Counted from the stretch's first letter, positions 9,613 through 18,607 are shown. The stretch is 24,000 nucleotides of DNA from Marinisporobacter sp. (GCA_025210525.1 JAOARP010000047.1:693465-717464), one strand, 5' to 3'. The notes: a model not told the origin generated them from the sequence alone. A program made the numbers and translations.

Positions 9613-11169
9613 GGACTTTAACCAGTCATAAATCTTAATCAATCTTCTAAAGTTAGTTTTATCTGTACCTTTTCCATCTGTAAAAATATTGCTATTATTT
9701 TTATAAAAATCTCTCAGAAAATCCTCAAGTTCTTCCACATCTATATTATCTTTTTGTAAAAGAGGTATTAATTCTAAACTCTTATATACTGTATGATTTC
9801 TTACAATATCATCTACCCTCTTATTTTCATAATCTTTTCTTTTCTTATGATTTCGTATAGTTCTACTTAACAACTCGTCATAATTAGATTTGATTGAATC
9901 TTCTATATATCTTGGTAAATCAACTGTTGCCTTTGCTATATATTTGTATATAGGAACACTCCCCGTATTATGCTTTAGTAATATAGGCAAACTTTGAGTA
10001 ACTACCAAATTCGAATCAAAATTTTTATTATCAAACAGGACATCTTCAAATATCTCCTCAACTTTCAATCCAGAATATCCTTTTTTTCCAAACTCTGATA
10101 ATACTCCTACACCAACTACAAATTCAACATTATCAAGATTCACATCATCTTCTATTCCAACAACTTGCATTTTGGTGGTAGGCTCATTATTAACTACCAA
10201 TTCATAGATTTCTTCTTTAAGTCTTCTTAATACAGTAGTATTATATTTAAATTTATTTTTTAATAATTCGTCATACAATATTGAATAATCTTTGATATAT
10301 ACTCTTGTCATTTCTAAGGTTTTATCATCTTCAAAAGATATGCTATGGGTTGATATTTCATCCTCTTTATCTGAATCATTCCATTCTACAAATATGAGTC
10401 TCTTTTTTAAACTTGCTAGCTTTTCTTTGGAGAGGCATTTCACAATTGATTTTAAAATCCCCTTAATATTTTTATCTCCAATAGAATAACCAAGAAATAT
10501 AATCGGATGTTCTAAAAATATAGTCAATATTTTAGCTGCTAAATACGCATTTTTTTCTTCAAATTCTAAATAATCTTTTTCATTAATCACTATAGAATCT
10601 GGCTCAGTACAACATCCATGAATTTTATATATTTCCCCTACCCCTTGTATATTTGAAAATATTAATTCTTCCTGTCCTACATATCTTGTATAATTCATCA
10701 AACTTTCTTCTATAAAAGTATCATAATTGGTTGTAATCACTGATGCTATACTTTTTTTACCGAGCTTTTTGAATAATTCTATTTCTTTGTCATATTCTAC
10801 TTTTACGTCCTGTGAATGATCTTTAATATATTTAGCAATTTCTATTTTAAGTGGTGATACCCCTTCAATCGCAAGTTTCTTATATATTTCTCTACTATCT
10901 TTGAATTTAAGATGTTCAAACCACAAATCAGAAATATCATGCTCTATTAATTCAGCAATTTTTTGATATTCGCCTACTTTAAACCCTTCATTTTTCGCTT
11001 TCCTACTATAAATTTCAAAAGCCAATTCATTGTCCTTAGCGAGCTTTGCCATTTCACGTAATAAAGCTTCCCAATTTCCTAAACCTAAATATCTCCTTGA
11101 TAAACCAGCACCAATAAATAGAACTGGTGCTGTATCAAAATTTTCAAATAAGGTCTTTAGCTTTTGCAT
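9592..11169 (-). CDS. SIR2-like domain protein (candidate NADase defence effector) with an uncharacterised C-terminal region
   Basis: PVLFIGAGLSRRY, VITTNYDTFIEE, EIYKIHGC, IIFLGYSIGDKNIKGIL match SIR2_2-type motifs. RBS AAGGAG; 30 nt after hsdS. Confidence 0.85.
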   Translation of the reverse strand: MQKLKTLFENFDTAPVLFIGAGLSRRYLGLGNWEALLREMAKLAKDNELAFEIYSRKAKNEGFKVGEYQKIAELIEHDISDLWFEHLKFKDSREIYKKLAIEGVSPLKIEIAKYIKDHSQDVKVEYDKEIELFKKLGKKSIASVITTNYDTFIEESLMNYTRYVGQEELIFSNIQGVGEIYKIHGCCTEPDSIVINEKDYLEFEEKNAYLAAKILTIFLEHPIIFLGYSIGDKNIKGILKSIVKCLSKEKLASLKKRLIFVEWNDSDKEDEISTHSISFEDDKTLEMTRVYIKDYSILYDELLKNKFKYNTTVLRRLKEEIYELVVNNEPTTKMQVVGIEDDVNLDNVEFVVGVGVLSEFGKKGYSGLKVEEIFEDVLFDNKNFDSNLVVTQSLPILLKHNTGSVPIYKYIAKATVDLPRYIEDSIKSNYDELLSRTIRNHKKRKDYENKRVDDIVRNHTVYKSLELIPLLQKDNIDVEELEDFLRDFYKNNSNIFTDGKGTDKTNFRRLIKIYDWLKSYKTKES

Positions 11170-11199
11170 GCTTATCTCCTTTCTATTAAAATTTAAATT

Positions 11200-12465
11200 T
11201 TATGATACTTCATCCTTTGAATCAAATGGTACTCGGATTTCTCCTGACATTAGTTTTGGAAGAAGAGTGTCTCTAATACTTTTTAAATTTCTTGACTCTT
11301 TATCTAGCACTAAATATTGTTTGTCCAAGCATGATATAGTATCATCAAATTTTCTTATCATCTCAGCTGTGGGCTTTATAATTTTTATTCCTTTTAGATC
11401 TTTTTGGTTTATAGACCCAAATACAGTTCCTTCTCCATTAAATACATTAAATTTCTCTTTTAATTCTAACATTGTATATAACAAATACGAGTTCTTGTTA
11501 TATTTTGAACTTAATGAACATAACCCTCTACCAATACAACATTCTTCATTCGCTATGTTAATATCACCAACAGGTGCTCTAACACTCATTAAAATATCAC
11601 CTGCATTAGCCATTCGCTTAGGTTCAGTTGTATATAATCTTCTATTTGGAAATCTATTCGAAAAATCTGTTCTTCCTTGATAAAAAACAACTCCTTCACC
11701 TATTTCATTATAAGTAGACCCTTTTGGCGATTGTCCCATTGTGATATTTGCAATTTCGTCTAATCTAGCTATTTCCCATCCCTTAGGAATCATCCCAAGT
11801 TCACTTTCAACCATTTCTCCTCCACTAGACTTGTACGGTTCTCCCTTTTCATTTGGAAATTCAAATTTTACAAACCATTGTTTGAATATTGCTTGTGCCA
11901 TTTCTTCAAGATTTTTATTAATTTGGTTGTTGACTTCGATTTTTTCGTCTAGTGTTGAAAGGATGTCAGCAATGACCTTTTGCTCTTCAAGTGGTGGCAA
12001 ATTGATCTTAAAATATAATAAATCATTCATTTTCATATTAGGCTGAGTTGATGTTCCACCACAAATAGCTTGAATATGTCCTTTATAACGCTTACTTTGC
12101 ATATTATAGTAAAGATAATTATAATCTATGATATCTTGATTTACCTTTATTCTAATCAATCCATTATTATATACTGACTTCAAATCTTTTTGGATAAGCT
12201 TATTAACTCCAATAGTTGCTCCTGTCCTAGCTACAATAATATCTCCTTTTTTCAACTGAAACTTTGAATAATTTCTATCTTCGACAGAACAAAATCCCCA
12301 CTCTTTAAATTCCTTTTGTTGTGAAATGTCCTGTATCCTTAAACACTTAATACCACTATCATACTCCACAATTGGTGCTCTTTTTATTGCATCTAATCCT
12401 GTATTTGAAGATAAAATTGTTTCAGATATGTTAACTTTTTTCCAATCACTAAAACTCATATCCAA
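11200..12465 (-). CDS. hsdS: type I restriction-modification specificity subunit S
   Basis: Two target-recognition halves with conserved helical spacers ([49 protein letters not shown]; [24 protein letters not shown]). Overlaps hsdM by 17 bp. Confidence 0.95.
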   Translation of the reverse strand: MDMSFSDWKKVNISETILSSNTGLDAIKRAPIVEYDSGIKCLRIQDISQQKEFKEWGFCSVEDRNYSKFQLKKGDIIVARTGATIGVNKLIQKDLKSVYNNGLIRIKVNQDIIDYNYLYYNMQSKRYKGHIQAICGGTSTQPNMKMNDLLYFKINLPPLEEQKVIADILSTLDEKIEVNNQINKNLEEMAQAIFKQWFVKFEFPNEKGEPYKSSGGEMVESELGMIPKGWEIARLDEIANITMGQSPKGSTYNEIGEGVVFYQGRTDFSNRFPNRRLYTTEPKRMANAGDILMSVRAPVGDINIANEECCIGRGLCSLSSKYNKNSYLLYTMLELKEKFNVFNGEGTVFGSINQKDLKGIKIIKPTAEMIRKFDDTISCLDKQYLVLDKESRNLKSIRDTLLPKLMSGEIRVPFDSKDEVS

Positions 12466-13966
12466 TCCCCCCTAGATTTTTTCTAATCTCATCTTCTAGG
12501 CGTTTAGATTTAACAAACAACTCACTTAATTCACTTGTTAATTTCTCCATCTTTTCCTCAAATGGTATCCCATCATCTTCTACCTCTTCAATTCCAACAT
12601 ATCTTCCAGGTGTTAATACATATTCATGTTCTCTTACATTTTCTAATTTTGCTGATTTACAAAAACCTTTTACATCTTCATACTTTCCATCTATATTTCT
12701 CCAATTATGATAAGTCTTTGCAATCTTTTTAATATCATCATCCTTCAATTCCCTATGACGTCTATCAATCATTTCCCCTAAGTTTCTTCCATCTATAAAT
12801 AAAATTTCATTTTCTCTACTTCTAAACTTAGGATTGTTCTTTTTATTTCTATTTAAAATCCAAAGAGATACTGGTATTCCTGTAGAATAAAATAATTTAT
12901 CAGGCAATGCTACAATAGCATCTACTAGATCAGCTTCCAATAAATTTTTTCTGATTTCACCTTCATTAGAAGTATTTGAACTAAGGGAACCATTAGCAAG
13001 AACAATTCCTGCACAGCCATTTTGTCCTAGATGATAGATCATATGTTGAAGCCATGCATAATTTGCATTTCCCGCTGGTGGAGTACCATATTTCCATCTC
13101 ACATCATCTGTTAACTCTCCTCCACCCCAATCACTAATATTAAATGGTGGATTGGCTAATATATAATCAGCTTTTAGTGTTTTATGTAGATCATTATGGA
13201 AAGTATCATCATGATGACCTCCTACATTGGCATCTAATCCTCTAATGGCAAGGTTCATTTTACATAATTTCCAAGTAGTAGAATTAAGCTCTTGCCCATA
13301 TATGGATAAATTTTCAATTTTCCCTTGATGCTCTTCTACGAATTTCTCACTTTGAACGAACATCCCACCCGAACCACAACAAGGGTCATAAATTCTTCCT
13401 TGGTATGGTTCAATCATTTCTACTAAGGTTTTAACAACGCTAGTTGGTGTATAGAATTCGCCTCCACCTTTACCCTCTACACTGGCAAATTGACCTAAAA
13501 AATATTCATAAACTCTTCCAAGTAAATCCTTTTCTCCGTTTTCATGAAGCTTGATGGTTGAAATTAAGTCAATCAGCTCTCCAAGCCTTCTTTTATCTAG
13601 CTCTGGTCTTGCATAACGTTTATCTAGTACCCCTTTAAGGGTTGGGTTTTCTTTTTCTATTGCAATCATAGCATCATCTATATATTGTCCTATTTTAGAG
13701 TCCTTTGCATTGTCTTTGATATGACCCCATCTAGCTTCTTTTGGAACCCAGAATATGTTTTCATAGGTATATTCATCTCTGTCTTCCTCAAAACCATCAC
13801 CTTCTTCTAAAAGCTCTTCATATTTAGTTTCAAACTTATCAGAAATATATTTTAAGAATATAAGTCCCAATACTACATGCTTGTATTCACTTGCATCCAT
13901 ACTTCCTCTTAATTTATCTGCTGCTTTCCATAGTGTTTCTTCAAACCCAATATTTCCTGTTGTCAT
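12449..13966 (-). CDS. hsdM: type I restriction-modification methyltransferase subunit M
   Basis: [17 protein letters not shown] and [15 protein letters not shown]6-adenine methylase motifs; [36 protein letters not shown]. Confidence 0.97.
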   Translation of the reverse strand: MTTGNIGFEETLWKAADKLRGSMDASEYKHVVLGLIFLKYISDKFETKYEELLEEGDGFEEDRDEYTYENIFWVPKEARWGHIKDNAKDSKIGQYIDDAMIAIEKENPTLKGVLDKRYARPELDKRRLGELIDLISTIKLHENGEKDLLGRVYEYFLGQFASVEGKGGGEFYTPTSVVKTLVEMIEPYQGRIYDPCCGSGGMFVQSEKFVEEHQGKIENLSIYGQELNSTTWKLCKMNLAIRGLDANVGGHHDDTFHNDLHKTLKADYILANPPFNISDWGGGELTDDVRWKYGTPPAGNANYAWLQHMIYHLGQNGCAGIVLANGSLSSNTSNEGEIRKNLLEADLVDAIVALPDKLFYSTGIPVSLWILNRNKKNNPKFRSRENEILFIDGRNLGEMIDRRHRELKDDDIKKIAKTYHNWRNIDGKYEDVKGFCKSAKLENVREHEYVLTPGRYVGIEEVEDDGIPFEEKMEKLTSELSELFVKSKRLEDEIRKNLGGIGYEF

Positions 13967-13987
13967 TTTTATTGCCTCCTCTTTTTC

Positions 13988-14434
13988 TTACTCAGCTATA
14001 CCAAATATTTCATAGAAATAATCTTTATCATTTTCTAATTCTTCTTGTAGCTCATTATCATCAATAAAAGTCTCTTTATCATACACACAATATACATGCT
14101 TTATAGTAAATTTATCTTTATGGTCTAATTTATAGGCTGTTACAACCTCTTTAACATGTTTTTTGTTTTTAGATTTTTGGATTACTACCCTATAAGTCTC
14201 TGAACCAAAGTCCTTTTCATAATAATGATTCCAACTGTTCCTTGAAGATTTATATACATAGTCTGGTTGCTCTAAAATATTTTTTATCTTTTCTATTGTT
14301 ATTTCAGGATGCCTAGTTTTTATATGATTTCTAAAATTTCGATAATACAAAATAATTTTTTCATGAATTCTTCCTTTAATTCTAAAAATCTTTAATTTAT
14401 TTTCAAAATAGTATTCCACCTTACATCTCCTCAT
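13988..14434 (-). CDS. PBECR/BECR-like nuclease-type protein, candidate toxin
   Basis: HIKTRHPEITIEKIKNILEQPDYV...YRVVIQKSKNKKHVKEVVTAYKL resembles the RHPE...iL..PDyv...vVTAY pattern of phage Barnase-EndoU-ColicinE5/D-RelE-like nucleases. Confidence 0.55.
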   Translation of the reverse strand: MRRCKVEYYFENKLKIFRIKGRIHEKIILYYRNFRNHIKTRHPEITIEKIKNILEQPDYVYKSSRNSWNHYYEKDFGSETYRVVIQKSKNKKHVKEVVTAYKLDHKDKFTIKHVYCVYDKETFIDDNELQEELENDKDYFYEIFGIAE

Positions 14435-14455
14435 TTCAATAAACTTAACTTTCCT

Positions 14456-15049
14456 TTAAAAATTATGATCATCAAACACTTCAAAAATCTCTTCTTCAAA
14501 TTCTTCTTGTTCTGGTTCACTACTTACCCAATCAGGTAAAACTTCATAGTAATGTGCCAATGCTTCTATTGTCTTATGCAACACTACTTCATGCTGCACT
14601 TTTTCAACTAATTCAATAATTAATTTATATGTATCCATATAAGGATTATTATCTACTACATTTAAAGCTTCTTTAAATCTTTCCATAAGCTTCGCCTTTT
14701 CAATATTTCTTTCAATAGTATTCATTTCTTCTTTGTCATAAACAGGCACTTCTACAAGATCATTTACTTCGCCCACCATAAATTGTTTTTCATGCTTTTT
14801 TATAACTGGTTTTAAGTCCCTCTTTAATTTTTCTTTTTGAATCTCTAGTTTTTCTATTTCTGATAAATCTTCACTGAAATATTGTTGATTTAGTCCAAAG
14901 AGTTTTTCAAGTATGGGGAGGTATTTTTTAGGAATTTTTTGTTTCTTTTTTACCCACATGTTTATATTTTGTTTCTTAATTCCAAGCTTTTCTGCAAGTT
15001 CTATATGTTGCATATTATAAAGACTCAGAATATATTCTAATCCTATCAA
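14456..15049 (-). CDS. XRE-type HTH protein, candidate antitoxin or operon regulator
   Basis: MQHIELAEKLGIKKQNINMWVKKKQKIPKKYLPILEKLFGL HTH. TTG start; 21 nt before the nuclease-like gene. Confidence 0.75.
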   Translation of the reverse strand: MIGLEYILSLYNMQHIELAEKLGIKKQNINMWVKKKQKIPKKYLPILEKLFGLNQQYFSEDLSEIEKLEIQKEKLKRDLKPVIKKHEKQFMVGEVNDLVEVPVYDKEEMNTIERNIEKAKLMERFKEALNVVDNNPYMDTYKLIIELVEKVQHEVVLHKTIEALAHYYEVLPDWVSSEPEQEEFEEEIFEVFDDHNF

Positions 15050-15074
15050 GTATTCACCCCCAGTTTTCTTTATA

Positions 15075-15125
15075 TTGTCTTAGTCAATATAATAATATTG
15101 TACTTTCTTTTATTGTCCTAGTCAA
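15075..15125 (-). promoter_or_regulatory. promoter with two direct-repeat putative operators
   Basis: -35 TTGACT (15120-15125), 17-nt spacer, -10 TACAAT (15097-15102). TTGACTAGGACAA (15113-15125) and TTGACTAAGACAA (15075-15087) lie 38 nt apart. Confidence 0.6.
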
Positions 15126-15174
15126 TTATATTTATGAAATTTATGGAATTCACTTCACTTTGATATTTAAGCAC

Positions 15175-15204
15175 TAAAAAACACCCATCCTTCGCAGATA
15201 GATG
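15175..15204 (-). terminator. rho-independent terminator
   Basis: Minus strand CATCTATCT-GCGAA-GGATGGGTG (9 bp including G-U pairs) followed by TTTTTT. Confidence 0.6.
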
Positions 15205-15321
15205 CTCTTTATAGTTTTGTTTATATAGTAAAACTATGTTCTTCACTCACATGCGGATACTCTTGAAGCAATATCACGCTCAAATAACTTCGCAATAATA
15301 TCCTTATTATCCTATAATATG

Positions 15322-15352
15322 TTAAAACCTCCCTATGTTAGGAAGGTTTTAA
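15322..15352 (-). terminator. hairpin downstream of the 63-aa ORF, probable terminator
   Basis: Minus strand TTAAAACCTTCCTAACATAGGGAGGTTTTAA. Confidence 0.5.
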
Positions 15353-15354
15353 TA

Positions 15355-15546
15355 TTATGCTCTTGCTACTTTTGACATAGCTATTCTTTTAGTTTCCACT
15401 CTTATCATACCTTTTCTATCAGTTGTAGGCATCACCCAACTATTGTTTTTTATTTCTTCAACAGTAGTTAATCGCTTTATCTTTACTCCTGCACTTCTAA
15501 ATCTTTCTTCCACAGTATTAACAGTTTTTGTTTTCATATTAATCAC
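15355..15546 (-). CDS. small basic protein, 63 aa, unknown
   Basis: Overlaps the upstream gene by 8 bp and is followed by a terminator-like hairpin. Confidence 0.5.
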   Translation of the reverse strand: MINMKTKTVNTVEERFRSAGVKIKRLTTVEEIKNNSWVMPTTDRKGMIRVETKRIAMSKVARA

Positions 15547-16669
15547 CCTCTATACTACTAGTATACATTATTTCAGTATCTTTTTTCAAACTTTTTTCAA
15601 AATCATTAATTATATTATTAACCAAATCACGCCAGTTTGGAAAATTAGTTATATTAGGTAATAGAGATAACAATATAACATATTCTTTTCCATTTAGTTC
15701 AAAACATCTTGTGACATAAATTCTTCCTTTCTTTTTACTATATCCATTATTCATGAATACATGTGCATTAATTTTTAATATTCCCGCTAAAATGCCAGTT
15801 CTTTTTATACTTCTTAATACATTATTATTGATATCATCATCAAATACATTAACAGAGTATACCACATCATTATCATATTCATTTCTGATTTTAATGTTTA
15901 TCTCAAAGCATAGTTCAATCATTGATAGTAATATTGAATCCACCTCATCTAATTCTTCTAAATTTTTATTTTGGACTGTTGGCAAATACTTTCTGATAAA
16001 CCCATCTATCTTATCTTCTATATCTCCTCTTATTGTCTCTTCCATTTGATAACTCACTTGTAACTCTGATAGATTTTTTTTAGTTTCTATCGCATCAAGT
16101 TTTTTCACTTTTTCTAATATATCATTTATGTCAAAATAAATTGCATTAGGTATTTTATAATAATTTTGTATCATAGCATTTATATCAATATCTTCAAATG
16201 CACAACCATTAATATATTTTACCTTTATGGTTGTCACTTCATTATTGATATTTTTAGAATATGTATATATTTGAGCACAATGTATTATGGAATTTTTGTC
16301 AGTCAATTTTCTAAGATGATTAAATAATAGTTCTTTTTCATAAAAACTAAATAAGTCTTTAAGTTTTGTAACCAATGTACCTGTTTTTAGTTCTAGCAAT
16401 CTATTCTTTTCTTGAATTTCCTTCTTTTTTTCACTGATTTTTTCTTCATATGGTGAAATGATCAAATTGCTTACTTCAGTTAAAATAATAATTGTAATGA
16501 TACTTCCAACAATCGCCCAAACAACTTTAATTGTTAGCTGATTATCTAAAAATTTAATCCAAAAGTCAGTTTTATCTGTGTGATTTGAAATATAATAGTC
16601 TAATAATTTTCCTAATATCCAAAGGATTAATACTGAAACTACTTTTACTAATTTCCCCCATTTTTTCAT
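15539..16669 (-). CDS. membrane-anchored protein with coiled coil and possible C-terminal GAF-like sensor region
   Basis: Two hydrophobic N-terminal segments (LVKVVSVLILWILGKLLDYYI; IKVVWAIVGSIITIIILTEVSNLII), then charged coiled coil and a globular C-terminus. Confidence 0.75.
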   Translation of the reverse strand: MKKWGKLVKVVSVLILWILGKLLDYYISNHTDKTDFWIKFLDNQLTIKVVWAIVGSIITIIILTEVSNLIISPYEEKISEKKKEIQEKNRLLELKTGTLVTKLKDLFSFYEKELLFNHLRKLTDKNSIIHCAQIYTYSKNINNEVTTIKVKYINGCAFEDIDINAMIQNYYKIPNAIYFDINDILEKVKKLDAIETKKNLSELQVSYQMEETIRGDIEDKIDGFIRKYLPTVQNKNLEELDEVDSILLSMIELCFEINIKIRNEYDNDVVYSVNVFDDDINNNVLRSIKRTGILAGILKINAHVFMNNGYSKKKGRIYVTRCFELNGKEYVILLSLLPNITNFPNWRDLVNNIINDFEKSLKKDTEIMYTSSIEGD

Positions 16670-16749
16670 TTGTACATTTCCCCAATCATCTTAAAGCGTA
16701 ATTATACTTATTTTAGCATAATATTCTCATATCTAGTTTACAACTTAAG

Positions 16750-17060
16750 AGCAAAATATTCAATTCTTAAAATATTTCCAATTGTTAATTTTACATTCGT
16801 ATTTCAAATAAAGTTCTAATCCATCATGGTCAATCCGAATAATTTTCTCTTTCCCCCTCGCATACCCCCGCTAAGCTCTACTCTAATACTTCATCTTATA
16901 CTACTATCAGCTCATGATCTTTGGCTTTCATTTTTTCTTGAATATAATTTTGAATATGAATTTTGGTAAACCTAATTCTATTGTTATACGCTTACCATCT
17001 AAAGCTTCAATAGCCATTTTTGTAGTATTTGCAGTTTAAATATAATAATCTTTAAATCTT
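16750..17060 (-). pseudogene. decayed coding sequence, family uncertain (possibly recombinase)
   Basis: Fragments such as YARGKEKIIRIDHDGLELYLKYECKINN and MAIEALDGKRITIELGLPKF without an intact ORF. Confidence 0.3.
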
Positions 17061-17199
17061 TTTTTCTTTTCTGTTAATAGCTTATATATTAAATTCCTTA
17101 GTTTTTTTGAAGTAATTCAAGTCTTTTTTTGAAGTTCCTTAAATGCACTAAGCCCTTGTTTACATAATATCAGTGCTTTATTTACTAATGTTTCTTGTT

Positions 17200-17384
17200 T
17201 TTTTCATACATAAATACTCCAAAGTTCTTTTTCTTTAAAAGGATATACGATTAATGTACCTACCTTTTCAAGCAGCTCAAAAACTTCATCTTTTAAATAA
17301 ATGTTCAGGAATATTAATTGAATATTCTTGGTTAATAAGGGCTACTTTATCATCAATTTGTCTAATGACATCTTTAGAAATATG
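17200..17384 (-). pseudogene. frameshifted ORF downstream of the XRE gene
   Basis: DVIRQIDDKVALINQEYSINIPEHLFKR* continues in another frame as DEVFELLEKVGTLIVYPFKEKELWSIYV*. Confidence 0.35.
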
Positions 17385-17385
17385 C

Positions 17386-17733
17386 TTATTTAAACAATCC
17401 ATGAGTAGCTAACTCCTCTTCCATATTAGAAAGATTATTTATTAAAGAAAAAATATAATCAGCTGTATCATGATTCTCAATCGTTCTATATAAATGAACA
17501 ACCTCTAATTCCCTTTCTTCAATTATATTGTTTCCACTAATAAGTTCTTCAACCGATATATCTAAGAAATTTGATACAGCAACCAATTCCTCTGTCTTGA
17601 TAGCTTTCTTTCCCTTAATAATTTTATTAACAACTTGTTTAGAAGTGCCCAATCCATTAGCTAACTCTACTTGGGTTTTATTTTGTTTGTTTAAATAAAA
17701 AAAAATATTAGATCCAATTTGCATGATATCCAT
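17386..17733 (-). CDS. XRE-family HTH regulator, 115 aa
   Basis: NKTQVELANGLGTSKQVVNKIIKGKKAIKTEELVAVSNFLDISVEELI. Confidence 0.85.
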   Translation of the reverse strand: MDIMQIGSNIFFYLNKQNKTQVELANGLGTSKQVVNKIIKGKKAIKTEELVAVSNFLDISVEELISGNNIIEERELEVVHLYRTIENHDTADYIFSLINNLSNMEEELATHGLFK

Positions 17734-17771
17734 ATCAACATCTCCTTCTAACAGAATTTACTATTGGTTTA

Positions 17772-18137
17772 ATGACAAAGAAAATTCTTCTAAAGTATAT
17801 ACAAATATTTAAACCAATGCCAGAATTACCTACTAAAAAAGTATTTCTCAATCAATATAAAAAACCTATTACCCCCAATGCCCTTGAAATGGTTATCACT
17901 AGGTTACGAAAAAAGACAGGCATTACACGCTTACACCCTCACATTCTTAGGCATACATTCGCTACTAAGTATTTAATTGAAGGTGGTGACATATTCTCAC
18001 TACAGCAGATATTGGGTCATACAAGTTTAGAGATGGTTAGAAGATACTCGCATCTAGCATCAAGCTATGTTATAGCGAACCATAAAAAGTTATCACCTTT
18101 GGATAATTTACAAAAAAGAAAGCATAATTTTTCTTAA
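17772..18137 (+). pseudogene. truncated tyrosine recombinase/integrase (C-terminal catalytic part only)
   Basis: RLHPHILRHTFATKYLIEGGDIFSLQQILGHTSLEMVRRYSHLAS contains the box II residues; the N-terminal domain and box I arginine region are absent. Confidence 0.85.
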
Positions 18138-18200
18138 AATCGTTATGTTTAGACTATAGTGTTATGAGTCAATCAGTGACTTTCAAAAAAAATAAAAAAG

Positions 18201-18216
18201 CCTTGGAATTCCAAGG
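18201..18216 (-). terminator. terminator of the tRNA cluster
   Basis: CCTTGGAATTCCAAGG flanked by A/T runs on both sides. Confidence 0.75.
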
Positions 18217-18229
18217 TTTTTTATCGTTT

Positions 18230-18306
18230 TGGCACACCCTGAGGGACTCGAACCCCCGACGAACTGATTCGAAGTCAGCCACTCTATCCAACTGAGCTAA
18301 GGGTGC
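18230..18306 (-). tRNA. tRNA-Arg (anticodon TCG)
   Basis: GCACCCTTAGCTCAG...GCTGA-CTTCGAA-TCAGT...GGTTCGAGTCC...AGGGTGTGCCA; complete cloverleaf with encoded CCA. Confidence 0.95.
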
Positions 18307-18334
18307 ACGTTTATTTATACTATTATATGTTAAG

Positions 18335-18360
18335 AAAGTTAGCATATACATGCTAACTTT
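18335..18360 (-). terminator. hairpin between tRNA-Arg and tRNA-Gly (terminator or processing element)
   Basis: AAAGTTAGCATATACATGCTAACTTT inverted repeat. Confidence 0.4.
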
Positions 18361-18365
18361 AAAAT

Positions 18366-18439
18366 TGGAGCGGATGATGGGAATCGAACCCACGCTATCA
18401 GCTTGGAAGGCTGAAGTTCTACCATTGAACTACATCCGC
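18366..18439 (-). tRNA. tRNA-Gly (anticodon TCC)
   Basis: GCGGATGTAGTTCAATGG...TCAGC-CTTCCAA-GCTGA...CATCCGCTCCA. Confidence 0.95.
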
Positions 18440-18448
18440 AAATTTTAG

Positions 18449-18524
18449 TGGTGACCCATCCGCGGCTCGAACGCGGGACACCTTGATTAAAAGTCAAGTG
18501 CTCTACCAACTGAGCTAATGGGTC
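18449..18524 (-). tRNA. tRNA-Lys (anticodon TTT)
   Basis: GACCCATTAGCTCAGTTGG...CTTGA-CTTTTAA-TCAAG...ATGGGTCACCA. Confidence 0.95.
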
Positions 18525-18529
18525 TTATA

Positions 18530-18606
18530 TGGGGTGGATGATGGGATTTGAACCCACGCATGCAGGAGCCACAATCCTGTGTCTTAACCACTTGACTACA
18601 CCCACC
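18530..18606 (-). tRNA. tRNA-His (anticodon GTG)
   Basis: GGTGGGTGTAG...CAGGA-TTGTGGC-TCCTG...CATCCACCCCA with the G-1 residue. Confidence 0.95.
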
Positions 18607-18607
18607 A

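Noticed and set aside
11030-11680. Plus-strand 216-aa ORF
   Set aside because: Shadow ORF antisense to the SIR2 gene and hsdS. Same reasoning applies to the other plus-strand ORFs inside hsdR, hsdS, hsdM, rph, the 376-aa gene and the amidase.
6049-12465. Possible inactivation of the type I RM genes
   Set aside because: All three subunits are full length with intact catalytic motifs, so no evidence of decay.
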